DNA of 64,000 nt from Eukaryota sp. TZLM1-RC (lineage: Eukaryota > Protista > Metamonada: BaSk clade), in contig JAUPSS010000002.1 of NCBI GenBank assembly GCA_040285825.1, positions 3,844,001-3,908,000 on the forward strand, written 5' to 3'. This document shows positions 47,301-58,240 of this stretch, piece after piece. Position 1 is the stretch's first letter; the number at the start of each line of letters is the position of its first letter. The notes under the pieces are model-generated. The model was not told the DNA's origin. It saw only the letters and a list, made by a program, of their open reading frames with translations, and did not search any database. Made by a program: the position numbers and the translations under genes.

Positions 47301-47899
47301 TTATGAAAAGGAAGGGTAGCAATGTTTGGGAGTTGCCGAGTAGAAAAGACGTCATCAGAGAGGATAGTGACACTGTGCCACGTGGCAGATTCAAAGTCGA
47401 GTAACCAGATATCAGCCAGAAACCCAGATAAACTTCCACCTGACGTTAGAAAACCATATTCCTTTCCATTAACTTCAATGGTTGTACAAGAAGAACGACG
47501 TCTTCTCCCAGGGGATATTGAAGTTGAAATGGGAGTCCAAACAAACTGTTCATATGCCCATCTGTAGAGCACATCAGAATCAGAGCCAACAGAATCTACA
47601 CCTCCGTATTGAAAAAGATAGGGTCCATGTTTCCAAAGACAACCTTCAGAATGGGGGACATCGGATAAAGATGGCAATTGTTGATAAACATAACTGGTAA
47701 GATTAAGTGTCCAGAGATCTGGTATTGGTGCATTAAACGGGTCAAGACCACCAAAAATGTAAGCAAGATCATCATCGATTACAATTCTAGACAATTGTCG
47801 AGGTGCAGGAGGTGTGCGAGTAGGCGGAATTGATTTCCATGGATCAGCTAATGCAAGAGAAAGTAGCAGATTAGATATAATAAAAAAGCATATCTTCAT
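44396..47899 (-). CDS. Kelch beta-propeller plus Cys-rich (GCC2/ephrin-like) membrane protein
   Basis: Signal peptide, many kelch GG...W repeats, CxPCxxG repeats, three hydrophobic TM segments. Confidence 0.9.
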   Translation of the reverse strand: MKICFFIISNLLLSLALADPWKSIPPTRTPPAPRQLSRIVIDDDLAYIFGGLDPFNAPIPDLWTLNLTSYVYQQLPSLSDVPHSEGCLWKHGPYLFQYGGVDSVGSDSDVLYRWAYEQFVWTPISTSISPGRRRRSSCTTIEVNGKEYGFLTSGGSLSGFLADIWLLDFESATWHSVTILSDDVFSTRQLPNIATLPFHKSSVLLFSGRTHVAASATQSDKNDTWLITINQSNDSDLMTFTADLIDLTPCLNGSFGTYLTSTLFDDSGNFIIIGGWLRDKQQSSDKIQVLRTFNSLDFNQWYWVSYKMSNEIREFAVDSTVSVIYGNQIIVFGGYFDIGVLNTLFLIETDSFWTNDDVIFFQTLGDHFAVPPSVASHQSVTIASKIYFTGGFRQSSSSRETSVYYFDLDFQQWSFQEVTSSFVAPILEGHCLLGFGSRLISFGGRVDEVLTSEVYVFNTLTAEWTVLETFGERPTPRAFSCCARHFNLVYVYGGQTSGGLSDSLYTLNLPTGEWKLIDIHPSSHIPPPLDSCGLVTIAGEPSYLALLGGRSSQWTANQDYIYKLNLDDSTENIWFNQSLVFISPSIPTNSFTPIVFGDNVFLFGGVMWDAYVGRISFLKLGTLSDTDPIKVLNFEYFHDHLFESLSFSTAAIGNSVFVFGGSRVASSLSIDGFGTNTLFERQFTCNDFTTRGLECTLDCQPGSRQTTNSSNGNLCEPCDPGYYGTSTATGSVCLPCPRGFYSTSYSAVGIESCIPCEEGTYQPYRGSFECFPCNLDDFCPVGSTFPMSNMSSYSRYGSLQPSLPDDNVSLVSSVSLTILSIGSFLAISITVFAFILGKRASKILPIDIFSRSHYVELDSVIIRRKTKLGRLFTCWFILITLGLVAVLLTQFVFDNHTYLRTMEPTFLIDENFEFNTNISLLVQGYQGVCLSSFVNLDFSSMRCEKTLTSTSFVAGTNTSNCLIDIRLKKCLLTSVHSSLEIALTDPRAFAFSLDLNVSSSSSLPFGHSVVSSHLNAPVQMLFRGSHPTVFRYEAIKSLFIDHSRDSSQQSGYHLNLESREFGDLVSSSDFAYNSGLSVLLIFDESPFVLITELRDKETLASFFSNALGASAGVTGAVGFVLSLVEILFQRYKFFFKRLVKDNATRLDPFSNPLYQAAFELEELKKEP

Positions 47900-47949
47900 G
47901 TATCAAAATAACCAGAGATTTTGTACTGTGATATTCACTTATCATACAT

Positions 47950-48175
47950 TCCCCTGTGAAATTCACTCCTGTTTTCAACTTTCTCAATGTCTACTCACAG
48001 GCTGTAAGAGACATGTAGCGTCATTTGACAAAGACAATCATGATTTTCATCAATGGGCTACCTCACTTAAATACACCTACTGCTTTCACAGAACAAAGCC
48101 TCGTGACTTGATGTATCTAAGTGGATCTACCAAATGCTACTAAGGTATTTGTAGATCGGTCTCAGAAGTTTTAGT
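47950..48175 (-). ncRNA. Putative Fanzor omegaRNA scaffold (four consecutive hairpins)
   Basis: Stems at 48124-48157, 48064-48123 (14 bp with two G-U pairs), 48015-48061 and 47987-48014, immediately 3' of the Fanzor ORF; G-U pairs favour the minus strand. Confidence 0.7.
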
Positions 48176-48198
48176 TTCTGTATGCTCAGGTTCCCCAT

Positions 48199-48780
48199 TC
48201 ATCTCCTCAACAGAGCTTCTGTGCAAATGTATCTTTCCGGCCACAATTCCGCTTTTTTCTTAATTTGAATATTTTTTGCAGCGGAAATATCTCTGTCATA
48301 TACTATTTGACACTCAGTACAAATATGCATCTGCCATGATCCTGCTTGAATATTCTCGGCCTCGCAACAACTTGACAGTTTGCTTGTATTAAATTCACTG
48401 GTTGACAAGCGCCTCACGTCCTTTTGATAACACAACCATTTTCTGAAAGCTCTTGCTGATCCATATCGATTGACTTTTCGGCAATGAGAAGGGAAATTAG
48501 CAGAACCCACAGCAAGATAGAGTTTATCAGGATGTCCTGCCAGCCTTTGAAATTTGTTGAGAGTCTCTCTGACCCGTCTCTCTTTTCGTCTGCGGTTATC
48601 AAATTTAATTATTTTCCATTTCTGGCGATTACTTTCCAAATACACTTTCCTCCTGACCAAATTCCAATGGTTCAAATATTGGTTGAAATTTTGAACGGAA
48701 TATTGGTTGGGAGAGTGTTTACTGGGTGAAGTATTTGTCCTGTACCTCCTGCCAGTTGGACAAGGAATAACTCCAATCTA
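48199..48780 (-). pseudogene. 5'-truncated Fanzor/TnpB-like nuclease (second family)
   Basis: LAVGSANF, RuvC-II SEFNTSK, zinc finger CC...CTEC, RuvC-III DRDISAAKNI; RuvC-I is missing. Confidence 0.85.
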
Positions 48781-48919
48781 TCATTGTCTGATTGTATTAG
48801 ATTTGATTCCTAATAATTAGAGTGAAAGTTAAGCAAACTTTTGTCTGATTTGACCAACCTAGGGTCAACCTACGGTCTTTTGACCAACCTATCAATGTGT
48901 CGGATGGTTCGTTCACACA

Positions 48920-49551
48920 CAGGAATGACTAAAGTGATAAAGTACTTTAGTCACTTTACTTTAACTCTTTTTTTCAATAAATTGATGACTTCTATGCACT
49001 TCTGACGATACTCTAGGACAACCTCAAACATCAGTTAGATATTGTGACTACTTTTTTGAACACAGAAGATGAAAAAAGTACATTTACTCAGAAACTCATC
49101 AAAAACTGATTGGAAACTACATGTAAACACTTGGTACACAAGATAATTGCGTAAATCTGCAACCTTTCGGCCGTTGATGGTGTCAGCAGACCCTATTTGG
49201 TTGCATACTGGTACTGGCCTTTTAGGGAAGAGGTCAGGTATATAGTGTCCTTCCATTGCCCAACGATTTACCGAATAAGTTTCATGGCAAAGCACTGAAA
49301 GCGCGCACAAGTTTTTGAAAGCACTTCGTTAAGCCTACAGTCATTTGTCCATGCCTCACAAGGAAGTGAAATCATCAGATGCAAAGTTTGTAACACAAAA
49401 AAATGAAGAGAAAATAAGGGGGAGGAAAGATTGGGAGCTGTCACTACTTTATTTCACTTTAAGCAACTTTACTGCATAAAGTATAAAGAATAAAATAAAG
49501 CAGCAATAAAGCACTTGAATTTCATATTTTGGACCAATTTAGTCATCCCTG
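48920..49551 (-). mobile_element. Non-autonomous hAT element (632 bp) retaining the BED-finger N-terminus
   Basis: TIRs caggaatgactaaa / tttagtcatccctg; perfect 8-bp TSD ttcacaca (48912-48919 and 49552-49559); internal sequence homologous to 54600-55057. Confidence 0.93.
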
Positions 49552-51477
49552 TTCACACATATGTTCACATAGTCAGTAAAATTTATATTATTTTACAGAA
49601 ACATAACTGACGAACTTTATGAAGCTATCACTTTGCTCAAATAGATTAGGGAGGCGACATTGTTAAAAAAGGGTCTTGTAACACACTTTCTGCCTTCGGC
49701 TTCACAGGATCTTGGTCTTACAGGGTTTTTACCCATTGAAGGGGTTCAGTGTCCTTACGTTTAAGTTGTTTTTTTTTGGTTTTTGATTGCAAAAAATTAA
49801 ACACAAAATCATGAGTCAACGTATCTCACATTCATTTTGTCCTTTTGTTTTTGAATGTTAAATTATATACCAATGGAGGCAGTATTAATATTCCATCTCG
49901 GCTGCCATACAAATTTCACCATTTGGCTTGGGGACTTCCTTCCCAGAATCGTCTTGAGCGAAGTGTTCTTCTTCACCGTTTGAAACAATTCCCATTTATG
50001 GAAAGTTTTTATTGCACCTTCCGGTCCATAAATTGATTGTAGCGTTTTCTGCAATTTTCCGTTAGAGACTTTCTTAAACTTGTTGAAGAGACATTGGATC
50101 AGAAGTAAAAAGTTGTGGAACAATTTCGGTGTACACCAATTAATGAGCCAAATTTAAGTTGGTTGAACCGAGATAATTTGGATTTCTACCACTGTCGTTG
50201 TGAATGCAAAAATATCTTGCACAAAATGGGTCAACATAGTCAAGGGATGACGTAGTACAGGAATGGAAAAGCAGAAATCTAATGATATTTCTTCATTGGA
50301 GCAGTGAATTTAGTAAACACTCCACATTTGTTTTCTTTATTTCAGTTGTTAAACATCTTAGAATGACCATTCTCAAACTTTGGCAATCGCGAAACCGCAT
50401 ATCACAAGGACTGTTTTGCTCAGCAAGAAATGATGATGAAGTAATTGTTTATGATGAAAGTTTTTTTTGATTATGTTTGAGTACAAACAAGTAAAAATAT
50501 AATTTATTTTATTCATAATTTATTTCTTCAGATTTTGAAACCAAAGCTAATTTAAATTAATTCTTTTCCCATTTTTGATGCAGTTGCAAAGCCGTCACCG
50601 CATTATCTTCACTACTTTCAATGCAACTTTCTTTACCTTCCTTATGTCACATATTTTCAATTCTTCGGCAAATCAGAGACTTAAAGATTGTAGCAAGTTT
50701 TTCAATAGATGTTGGGTAATTTTCTAAATGAAAAAGGTTTAAATTGGATAAATGTATTATTTGATGAGCCTATTGATATAAAATCTTGTGCATATATTGA
50801 AAGAATTGAATCACCAAAATTGCCAAATTTAAAAATCTTTAGCATCGAGTAATTCCCCCCATTTCATGCTACCGCTTGGTGATCGGCAACAACGCTGTTT
50901 AATGCATTTTCTAGAACAAATCGATAGAGTTGCAACTCGCTACATGACTAACTACAATTGCAGCATAATTGTCCATCAAAGATGAGGATTCACTTAAACA
51001 ACCACCTTGTCACAAAGTAGGCCTTACAGAAAGTCATCACAAACCATTTTAACCAAAACCTCAACATTGTGAAACACGTTATGTTGTTAGAATACCATTC
51101 CCAAAACTTGACAGAGCAAGTCAACATCTTCACTTTTGAGATGCTTTTCATAATTTTGTATTAGAGTCAAACTGACAGTTGCTTTTAGTAATTAGTGAGA
51201 AATCACCTCTAGCAACTAATTAACCATTCAATTCCACAAAACTGTGACTGTAATTTCAAACACTATGCATCTTCAACATTGTTAAATTTTTGTTTGTTCT
51301 ATTGTGATCATTGTTCTAAATGTTTGATTTTATGTTAAACCATTTAAACAAACCAAAAACCAAAATTGAGCAAACAACTAGTGTGTAGAACATTTATACC
51401 TTTTTCAGATGATTAGTGGTGTTTTCAAGAATTTATGATATCCTTCGCCTATTTCATGACATATATTTCATGTCTTC

Positions 51478-51583
51478 TGTTGCCGTTGGGCATTATGCTA
51501 GCTGGATGTAAAGAGAGTTAAGATAAAGTTAATTTTATTAAATGTCATTCTATATAAAGGTACTCACTAGTGAGATACCTACA
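51478..51583 (-). repeat. 3' LTR of element B
   Basis: 106/106 identical to 27985-28090 on the opposite strand. Confidence 0.95.
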
Positions 51584-54437
51584 CTACCTTCTCCCGTTTC
51601 GTTAATTAAAATTACTTACTATTGTTGTTCCGCTTCCTTTGCGGATATCGCTTTTGTCGAGGCACGGGGAGAGCCTGAGACGAGCTATTGGATATATTAG
51701 CTTTGCGTTTTCTTTTATTTGGCTTACTAATAAATCGCTTATACGCTTCTGAATAACTGATCGAATGGAGTGGTTCCTCGGTAGTTTCTCCACCAAACCA
51801 TTTCACAGTACAGAAGGGTCCCTGAGATGTTTTATATTCCTCAAGGATTTCTTCGATGACATGTTTACCTGAATCGGTGGCTGCGATTGCCCTGAGTAAA
51901 TCAACATCGTTAGGATCGTCAGCGTTGTATATTTTGCAGTCCCTCTTTGATACATTTGTCTCATAACCAGTCGTCAGGTTCCTAACTGTCAATGTGGAAT
52001 TGGATGGGATTTCTATAATTAAAAATGGGCCTAACCAAGATCCATGCAATTTGCTGTTTTGCTTAGCTTTTCGAAGAATATAGTCACCAATATTAAATGT
52101 GGTTTCTGTATTATTATTAATATTATTCTGATTGGGTTTGTTCAATAATTGGTGGTTCTCTGCTTCCTCCCATTTCTTTTGGAGACGATCAGTTTTAAGT
52201 TTGAGGTCTTGTAAAAGTGGGACATTGGATTCAAAATCGAATATGCCGCCAAGGATGTTAGCAGGGTTTGATCTAGGGCTGATATATGACCCGAAAATCA
52301 ATTCATAGGGGGTGTGGTTTGTGATTCTGCTTTTGGTTGAGTTAATTAATAACTGTGTAATTGGGACATATGTGGACCAAGCATCATAGTCGTTGTAATC
52401 TATTAATAATCTTCTTATACATTGAATTACATCCCTATGTTTCCTTTCTACCAATCCATTACTTTCAGAGTGATATGGAATTGAATTTGTGACTCCAATT
52501 GACATTCTCTGGCATAGCAATTTGAATGTTTCATTGGCGAACTCTGGGCCATTATCACTATGTATAGCCATAGGTATGCCGAATATTGCACAGATATTCC
52601 AAATTAATGCATCTGCCACTTCTAAAGCATTGAGTCCTCTCAGTGGCACTAGTATTGTATATCTAGTGAAACTGTCGACGAAAACTAATAAGTATTTATT
52701 ATCATTATTATCTTTATTCAGAGGTCCAATTGTGTCTACATTTAGTTTAGCAAATGGACGATTTGCCCACAGTGAGCCCGTTGAGGGAGTCTTTGATTGT
52801 TTTGTGGGGGCTGTTTTCTGACAAGTAGGACATTTTTCGATGTGTTTGATGACGTCTTTTCTCATGTTTGGCCAGTAAAAATCACTTTTGGAAAGCTTGT
52901 GAAGACTTTGGTTTTTGCTTGGGTGGCCTGATTGTGTTAATCCGTGTATTAAATTGAGTGCAGTTTTTCTTAGTTTGGTCGGTATTATCATTTTATTATT
53001 ATTATTAAGCCAGATTTCTGTGTTTCTGCAGAGTGTGGCGTTTTTGAATAATGGATCGTTATTGCTAATGGCCAGTTGTTGTTCTGCTCTTACTTTGGAT
53101 AACCAATTTGAAAAGATTGCTAAATCTGGGTGTCTTGATAATTCGAGAATGTGGATTGGTTCTGGACTTTCATAGTCGGAATCGTCATCTGGGGGTGGAA
53201 TTTCACCGTGCCAGTAAGGATCGTGTGGGTGACTGATGTGATTTAATTCTGGTATTACTGAATTGTCATCAATGTTTCGTGACATCATGTCTGCCCAGTG
53301 ATTGTCTTCTCCTTTCTCATGTACTATATCAAAATCAAATTCTGATAAAATAGGTAACCATCTTTTGACTATTTTGTTCTTTTCTGGAGCTGTGGCGAGG
53401 AACGCAATATTTCTATGGTCGGTGAATATGGTCAAGTGTCGAGTGATGAGGAAGCTTTCTAAATGGCTTTCTGTTAGTATTAATAATATTGCGTATAGTT
53501 CCTTTTGTAATGTTGACCAACGTTTTTGAGTATCAGTTAATATTCTACTGTAAAAAAAGATTGGTTTTACTTTTCTATCTTTTAATGCAGTTCCCATGGG
53601 TGCATATGGTTCGACCTTTTGCCAGATAACTCCTCCTACTGCGATGTCTGATGCATCGGTGCTTATTAAAATGCGTTTGTCTGGTGATGGTAATTCCAGA
53701 GGCATATGATTAATGATTAATTCTTTTATTTGTTCTAATAGTTGGTCGTGTTTGGTTTCCCAGTTGACACGGCGTTGTTTGTGTTTGATTAATTCGTTTA
53801 TGGGTGCAATTAGTTGTGAAATGTTTGGGAGCCAGTCTCTGATGAAATTGACTGAGCCGACTAATGACCGAACTTCTTTTATTGTTTTTGGAGCAGGGAT
53901 GTTAATTAAAGCATCGACTCGTTTTTGACTAATTTTACGTTGTTTATATTGGAAAGTGCTGCCTAAAATGTCAATTGGTTGTTTGTCAGTAACGAATTTA
54001 CATTTTTTCAATCCAATGTTGACTCTTCTATCCCTTGCGCATTGCAGTACCCTTTGAATTCTTTCTAAAAATTGTTGAAGGGTTGATCCAATTATGATTA
54101 TGTCATCAATGTATGTGAACACTCCGTCTATCTGAAAAATTTCCATCATAACATTTTGAAAAATTGCTGGGGTATTCTTTAATCCGAAACATGCCCTTTT
54201 AAACATGATGGATCTGCCAGGGATAGAGATGGATGTCTTTTCAATATCCTCGTCAGCGACTTTCATCTGCCAAAAAGCTTTTGGAAGGTCCAAAGTGGCG
54301 ATGTAGTTGGCTTGACTTAGAAATTCCAAAACATCTGAAATTAATGGTAAGTTAGACTCAACTGGAATAGTAAGAGCGTTAACACCATCTTTACCGCTGA
54401 AATCGCCTGTCAACCTCGGTTTTCGATCATCAGGGTA
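51478..54437 (-). mobile_element. 3' half of Gypsy element B (RT, RNase H, integrase, chromo-like domain, PPT, 3' LTR), inverted
   Basis: Open frame YPDDRKPRLTGDF...LDLPKAFWQ...FGLKN...YIDD...TDASD...DH...GHP...CPTCQ...DNGPEF...ESNGLVE...VIEEIL..VKWFG; PPT gaaacgggagaaggtag; LTR 51478-51583; TSD gaag. Confidence 0.95.
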
Positions 54438-55057
54438 ATCATTGATGGAGTTGATGGATTCTGTGGTGTAGAAGGAGTTGATGGAGTTGATGGATTCTGT
54501 GGTGTAGAAGGAGTTGATGGAGTCTGTGGTGTAAAAGGAGTAAGTGGAGAAGGACTTGAAAAGGACGGAAGTGCTTGTCTAGGAGCTGGACTATTGATAC
54601 TGGAAGCTCGTCTTTTGCGTTGTCTAGAATGTGTAGCTAGATACACTCGTAAGTCTGCAACCTTCTTACCATTGTTACTCTCAGGACACCCTATTTGGTT
54701 GCATAACGGTACCTGTCTTTTAGGTAGTAGGTCAGGTACATAATGCCCTTCCATTGCCCATCGGTTGACAGAATAGACCTCATCGCATAATAGACATTGA
54801 AAGCGCGCACAAGTCTTTGAAACAACTTCGTTGACTTGACAGACATTCGTCCAAGCCTCACAAGGGAGTGAAGTCATTAACAAAAGAAAATATATAAGAA
54901 AAATGAAGTGAGAAAGGGGTGGAGAGTAAAGAAAGAAGCGTTCACTACTTTATACCACTTTAGCCAATTTTAGAGCTTAAAGCTTAAAGTTTAAAGTAAA
55001 GCTTAAAGTAAATAAAGTACTTTAATTTCATTTTTTGGACCACTTTAGTCATCCCTG
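54438..55057 (-). mobile_element. 5' half of the split hAT transposon (TIR plus BED zinc-finger N-terminus)
   Basis: TIR cagggatgactaaag at 55043-55057; W...CLLC...H...C BED-like finger; TP/SP repeats; flank cttttttc matches the other end at 7 of 8 positions. Confidence 0.88.
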
Positions 55058-56392
55058 CTTTTTTCTTTGAACCTTTGTCAACCTTGGCTCTTTGCAGGTA
55101 TTCCGGTCTATCTCCACCATTTACATGTGCTTCCATCACTGCCAACATATTAAGCGAAGCATTTCAATCTCTATTCCACAAACTTTCGCATGATTTGCAC
55201 ATGGTAAGCCCGTGGCGAATAGACATCTCATGCCTCTTCCATGGCCTAGGATTTCTGCACCATCGGAATGTTTCAACTGTTTTCCTTTGGTAGGTTCTTT
55301 GAATTTCATGTGTTTTCGTTGTTCCCAGTCTCCGATTCCAATAACTACTTGGCTGGGATCACCAATTACTGATTTGAATCTCTGTATCATCTTCGCCTCA
55401 GATCTTGTGCGATTAATCTCAGCCCATCATCTTAGTTTCCTAAATATTTTTTGATGATAGACTTCACCAACAATACTATTCACATAATTCTTTTGTTTAA
55501 TATACTCCATAAATCTATCAAACCTGCAGCTTTTGGAATTGAATTGGGATAAAGTTGCTTCCCATTCTACTACAGATTTAGTCGTGTGATCATTATTTCT
55601 CAAATTGAATGAGTAATCAATTTCGTGGGGAATATTGATTTCTTGAGGTACTTCACCTCTTAATAAACTAATTGTTCTTTCAGTCATTTGATTAATTATA
55701 CTGCTGCTTAAATCCATCCTTTGTTGTTGCTGTTCAGATTGTTCATAATTGGATAGATCAATCACTCTACCAGTAGAGTTACTTATTGTGATAAGAGTGT
55801 CATTACGTATGATGACTCTTATTCTTTTGAATTTGGAACTTTTCGACTCAAATCTTCGTTGATTTTGAGTGTACCTGAAATGAACATATTTATCTCTCTC
55901 AGGTTTTCTTTGAATAAGTCATTCCAGTAGCTAAATTGGCAGAAAAATAGAGTAGATCAGATTTTCCTGGATCAGCAGCGGCAGGGTCATATCTTGGTAT
56001 TCAGAAGGATTGATGCTGGGGTCATCAATATATTTTTCCTTATGTTTTAACTCTTTTGCACTTACTTTGTACTTTTTCAAGTCCATTCTAGATTGAATGA
56101 AACTTACTGCTATTCCATCAATCTCGATACTAGACATGAAGAACTTGGAATTTTCTGAATAAAGTTTAGTGTTTTTAATCTCGTCCATTTTTAAAATGGT
56201 GTCCCATAAAACCAAATCAGCAGCTTGATTATTGCATTGGTAAGACGACCTTGGACCAAGAATATCCTTAAATTGGACAAAGAACAAGTCCAATAAACTT
56301 TTTTGAATGAGTCATTCTAGTAGCTAAATTGGCAGAAAAATAGAGTAGATCAGATTTTCCTGGATCAGCAGCAGCAAGGGTCATATCTTGGA
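55058..56392 (-). mobile_element. Fanzor1-type pseudogene (frameshifts, internal deletion, small internal duplication), interrupted by the hAT
   Basis: IEIDGIAVS, RuvC-I (L)AADPGKSDL, FRYTQNQRRFESK, FRKLRW, VVIGIGDWEQRKHMKFKEPTKG, CKSC...WNRD*NASLNM...DRPEYLQR. The DPG segment is duplicated at about 56310-56390. Confidence 0.88.
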
Positions 56393-56477
56393 ATTTTCAT
56401 TGGAAAGAACCGTTTTTGTTTACCTCGAAAAGATTCAACCGCTTCAACATATCTTCTGATTTTACACAACTATCCAA

Positions 56478-57260
56478 ATGTCTGTCTTTGTGCCTCACAT
56501 GGACAACATTGGAGGTCGAGATTTACTCACCCATGAACGATTTAATCACATTTCATCTTTAAACACCACTAGGAACCGCCCTTCATCTCGACCCAGCAGT
56601 GCTGTTAAACCAATTTCTGAAAAGTCGGCTCGTGATTTAAACAACAGACTATGCGTCCGTGGATGTGAATATGATGAAGTTTTTGAGACTTATAGACGTG
56701 TTTCCAAAGTCAAAAGTCGCATTGACAACAAACCACCAGTCTCTCTTAAATTCAGAAACAATTGTTCAAATAGAAGAAGGAGGCTAAATAAAACTGTCCA
56801 TGATAACCATTCCTTAGAGGTCTACCACCTTCAACGCCGTATGGCAACTACACATTCCTTGACAAACAGAAAGAAAAACTCTCTTGATCACACTATCAAT
56901 CCTTCTTATCTGATGAGGAGAACCCCTCGTAAGTACTCTGTTTCAGACAATCAAATGTTGATGTCATCAAGGTCAGAATCCTGTTTGACTAATGAAGACT
57001 ATTCTAGTGTTGATTCGCTTTCTCAAAGTCTATCCTCTACTTTCCTGTCAACTTCATCATTTTCTCTCCCTCCTTTGGCCAATGTTCGAGATGCAAATGA
57101 ACTGGCTGCAAGGCTCTCAGACTGTGTGGTTTCTCAAAGATTGTATAAGGACGAACATCTGTTAGAGATTGTGGATTGGGTTCATGAGCATGATAATATT
57201 GATTATAATCTTCGGCAAGCTGGTATTGAATTATTTAAAAAAGAATATTTGATTTGCTAA
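56478..57260 (+). CDS. SPATA7-like ciliary protein (tentative)
   Basis: RRVSKVKSRIDNKPP motif and a C-terminal helical block (VVSQRLYKDEHL...IELFKKEY) resembling SPATA7 as I recall it. Confidence 0.55.
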   Translation: MSVFVPHMDNIGGRDLLTHERFNHISSLNTTRNRPSSRPSSAVKPISEKSARDLNNRLCVRGCEYDEVFETYRRVSKVKSRIDNKPPVSLKFRNNCSNRRRRLNKTVHDNHSLEVYHLQRRMATTHSLTNRKKNSLDHTINPSYLMRRTPRKYSVSDNQMLMSSRSESCLTNEDYSSVDSLSQSLSSTFLSTSSFSLPPLANVRDANELAARLSDCVVSQRLYKDEHLLEIVDWVHEHDNIDYNLRQAGIELFKKEYLIC

Positions 57261-57306
57261 GTGGTCTAACTGAATTTAGTCGTTTTTTGAATGTACATTA
57301 TTTTTT

Positions 57307-57756
57307 TTATTTAATATCTTTTTCTTTCTTCTTTTCCAGTTCTTTTTGTAATAAAGCTAATCTATTGGTTTTTGGTTGTACTTCTTCTTCTCCAGACATA
57401 CCCAATATCTCCAATATATCTGCAGCCTGTGACTTTTCAACAACCATTTTCCTACCAAGACGTCGTTGATGCTTTTGTCCATTTAGATGGTCTAAATAAG
57501 CAATACTGTCATGAAACCCCACATCACAGACCTCACAGCGGTAATAACTAACTCCTCCCGCAGTATCCTTATCAATGGTTCGCTGGCCAACGTGCTGGTC
57601 CAGATTAAGTTCTCTGTGTGGCTTCAAAGTGTCCTTTACCATAGGTAGCACACGAAGGCCCTTGTCCTTGGAATCTCTTGAAGAAGAAGTGGAAGCAAGC
57701 TGAGAACTATCCCACTTTTTTCTGTAGCTGAGATTGACGCCCGAAGGTGTGGACAT
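57307..57756 (-). CDS. ZMAT2: U4/U6.U5 snRNP matrin-type zinc-finger protein (Snu23/ZMAT2)
   Basis: RKKWD; YYRCEVCDVGFHDSIAYLDHLNGQKHQRRLG...VEKS. Confidence 0.88.
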   Translation of the reverse strand: MSTPSGVNLSYRKKWDSSQLASTSSSRDSKDKGLRVLPMVKDTLKPHRELNLDQHVGQRTIDKDTAGGVSYYRCEVCDVGFHDSIAYLDHLNGQKHQRRLGRKMVVEKSQAADILEILGMSGEEEVQPKTNRLALLQKELEKKKEKDIK

Positions 57757-57939
57757 CAGCTAAAAGAACTTTGAAAGAAGATTATTTTATTTTTACCTAC
57801 CACAAATCAATTTTAATACTTTCATCACTTTACTAAAGTACTTTCTATGCCTTTCAATAAACTCACAGGTGTTACACTTTGAAGGGGAGACATTGATATT
57901 TGCAAGAGATGATAATCATATCTGATCAGTAAACGTAAA

Positions 57940-58177
57940 GTATCCGTATATATACTGTACCCCTATATTAATAAAGCCTCCAGAAACCAGCTGGAGATTG
58001 CAATCAGTGAGTATTTCGCTGGTACTAGGCCAGAACCATTCCAAAGGCCAAGGCGTGTGAGACGTCTAAGGAGACAGTAGTAGCTGTTTTCATCAACGTA
58101 TTTCCAAGGTGTTTAGTGATTACTAACTCTTGGTGCTGAGAAAATTACATTTATGTTGGCGATATTCATTCAATATC
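57940..58177 (+). mobile_element. Possible C-terminal remnant of a third Fanzor family plus structured 3' RNA
   Basis: Frame INKASRNQLEIAISEYFAGTRPEPFQRPRR* resembles the Fanzor post-RuvC-III motif; followed by stems tcaacgta/tatgttgg and ccaag..ttagt/actaa..cttgg. Confidence 0.45.
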
Positions 58178-58240
58178 TTGATGTGAAAATCTTGAAAACT
58201 GAATTGATTACGAAAATGATTGTTTTTCGCCAACACTTCG

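Noticed and set aside
49560-51470. Fragmentary ORFs between the hAT MITE and LTR B
   Set aside because: Probably decayed coding or TE sequence, but no motif I can assign.
55058-56392. Alternative genetic code (in-frame TGA in Fanzor motifs such as WNRD*NAS)
   Set aside because: In-frame stops occur only in elements that also carry frameshifts and deletions; host genes end in TAA, TAG and TGA and are otherwise uninterrupted.
57870-58006. Solo LTR (TG...CA with TATA and AATAAA)
   Set aside because: No TSD (cagg versus gtga) and no similarity to the other LTRs; better explained as a Fanzor-like coding remnant.
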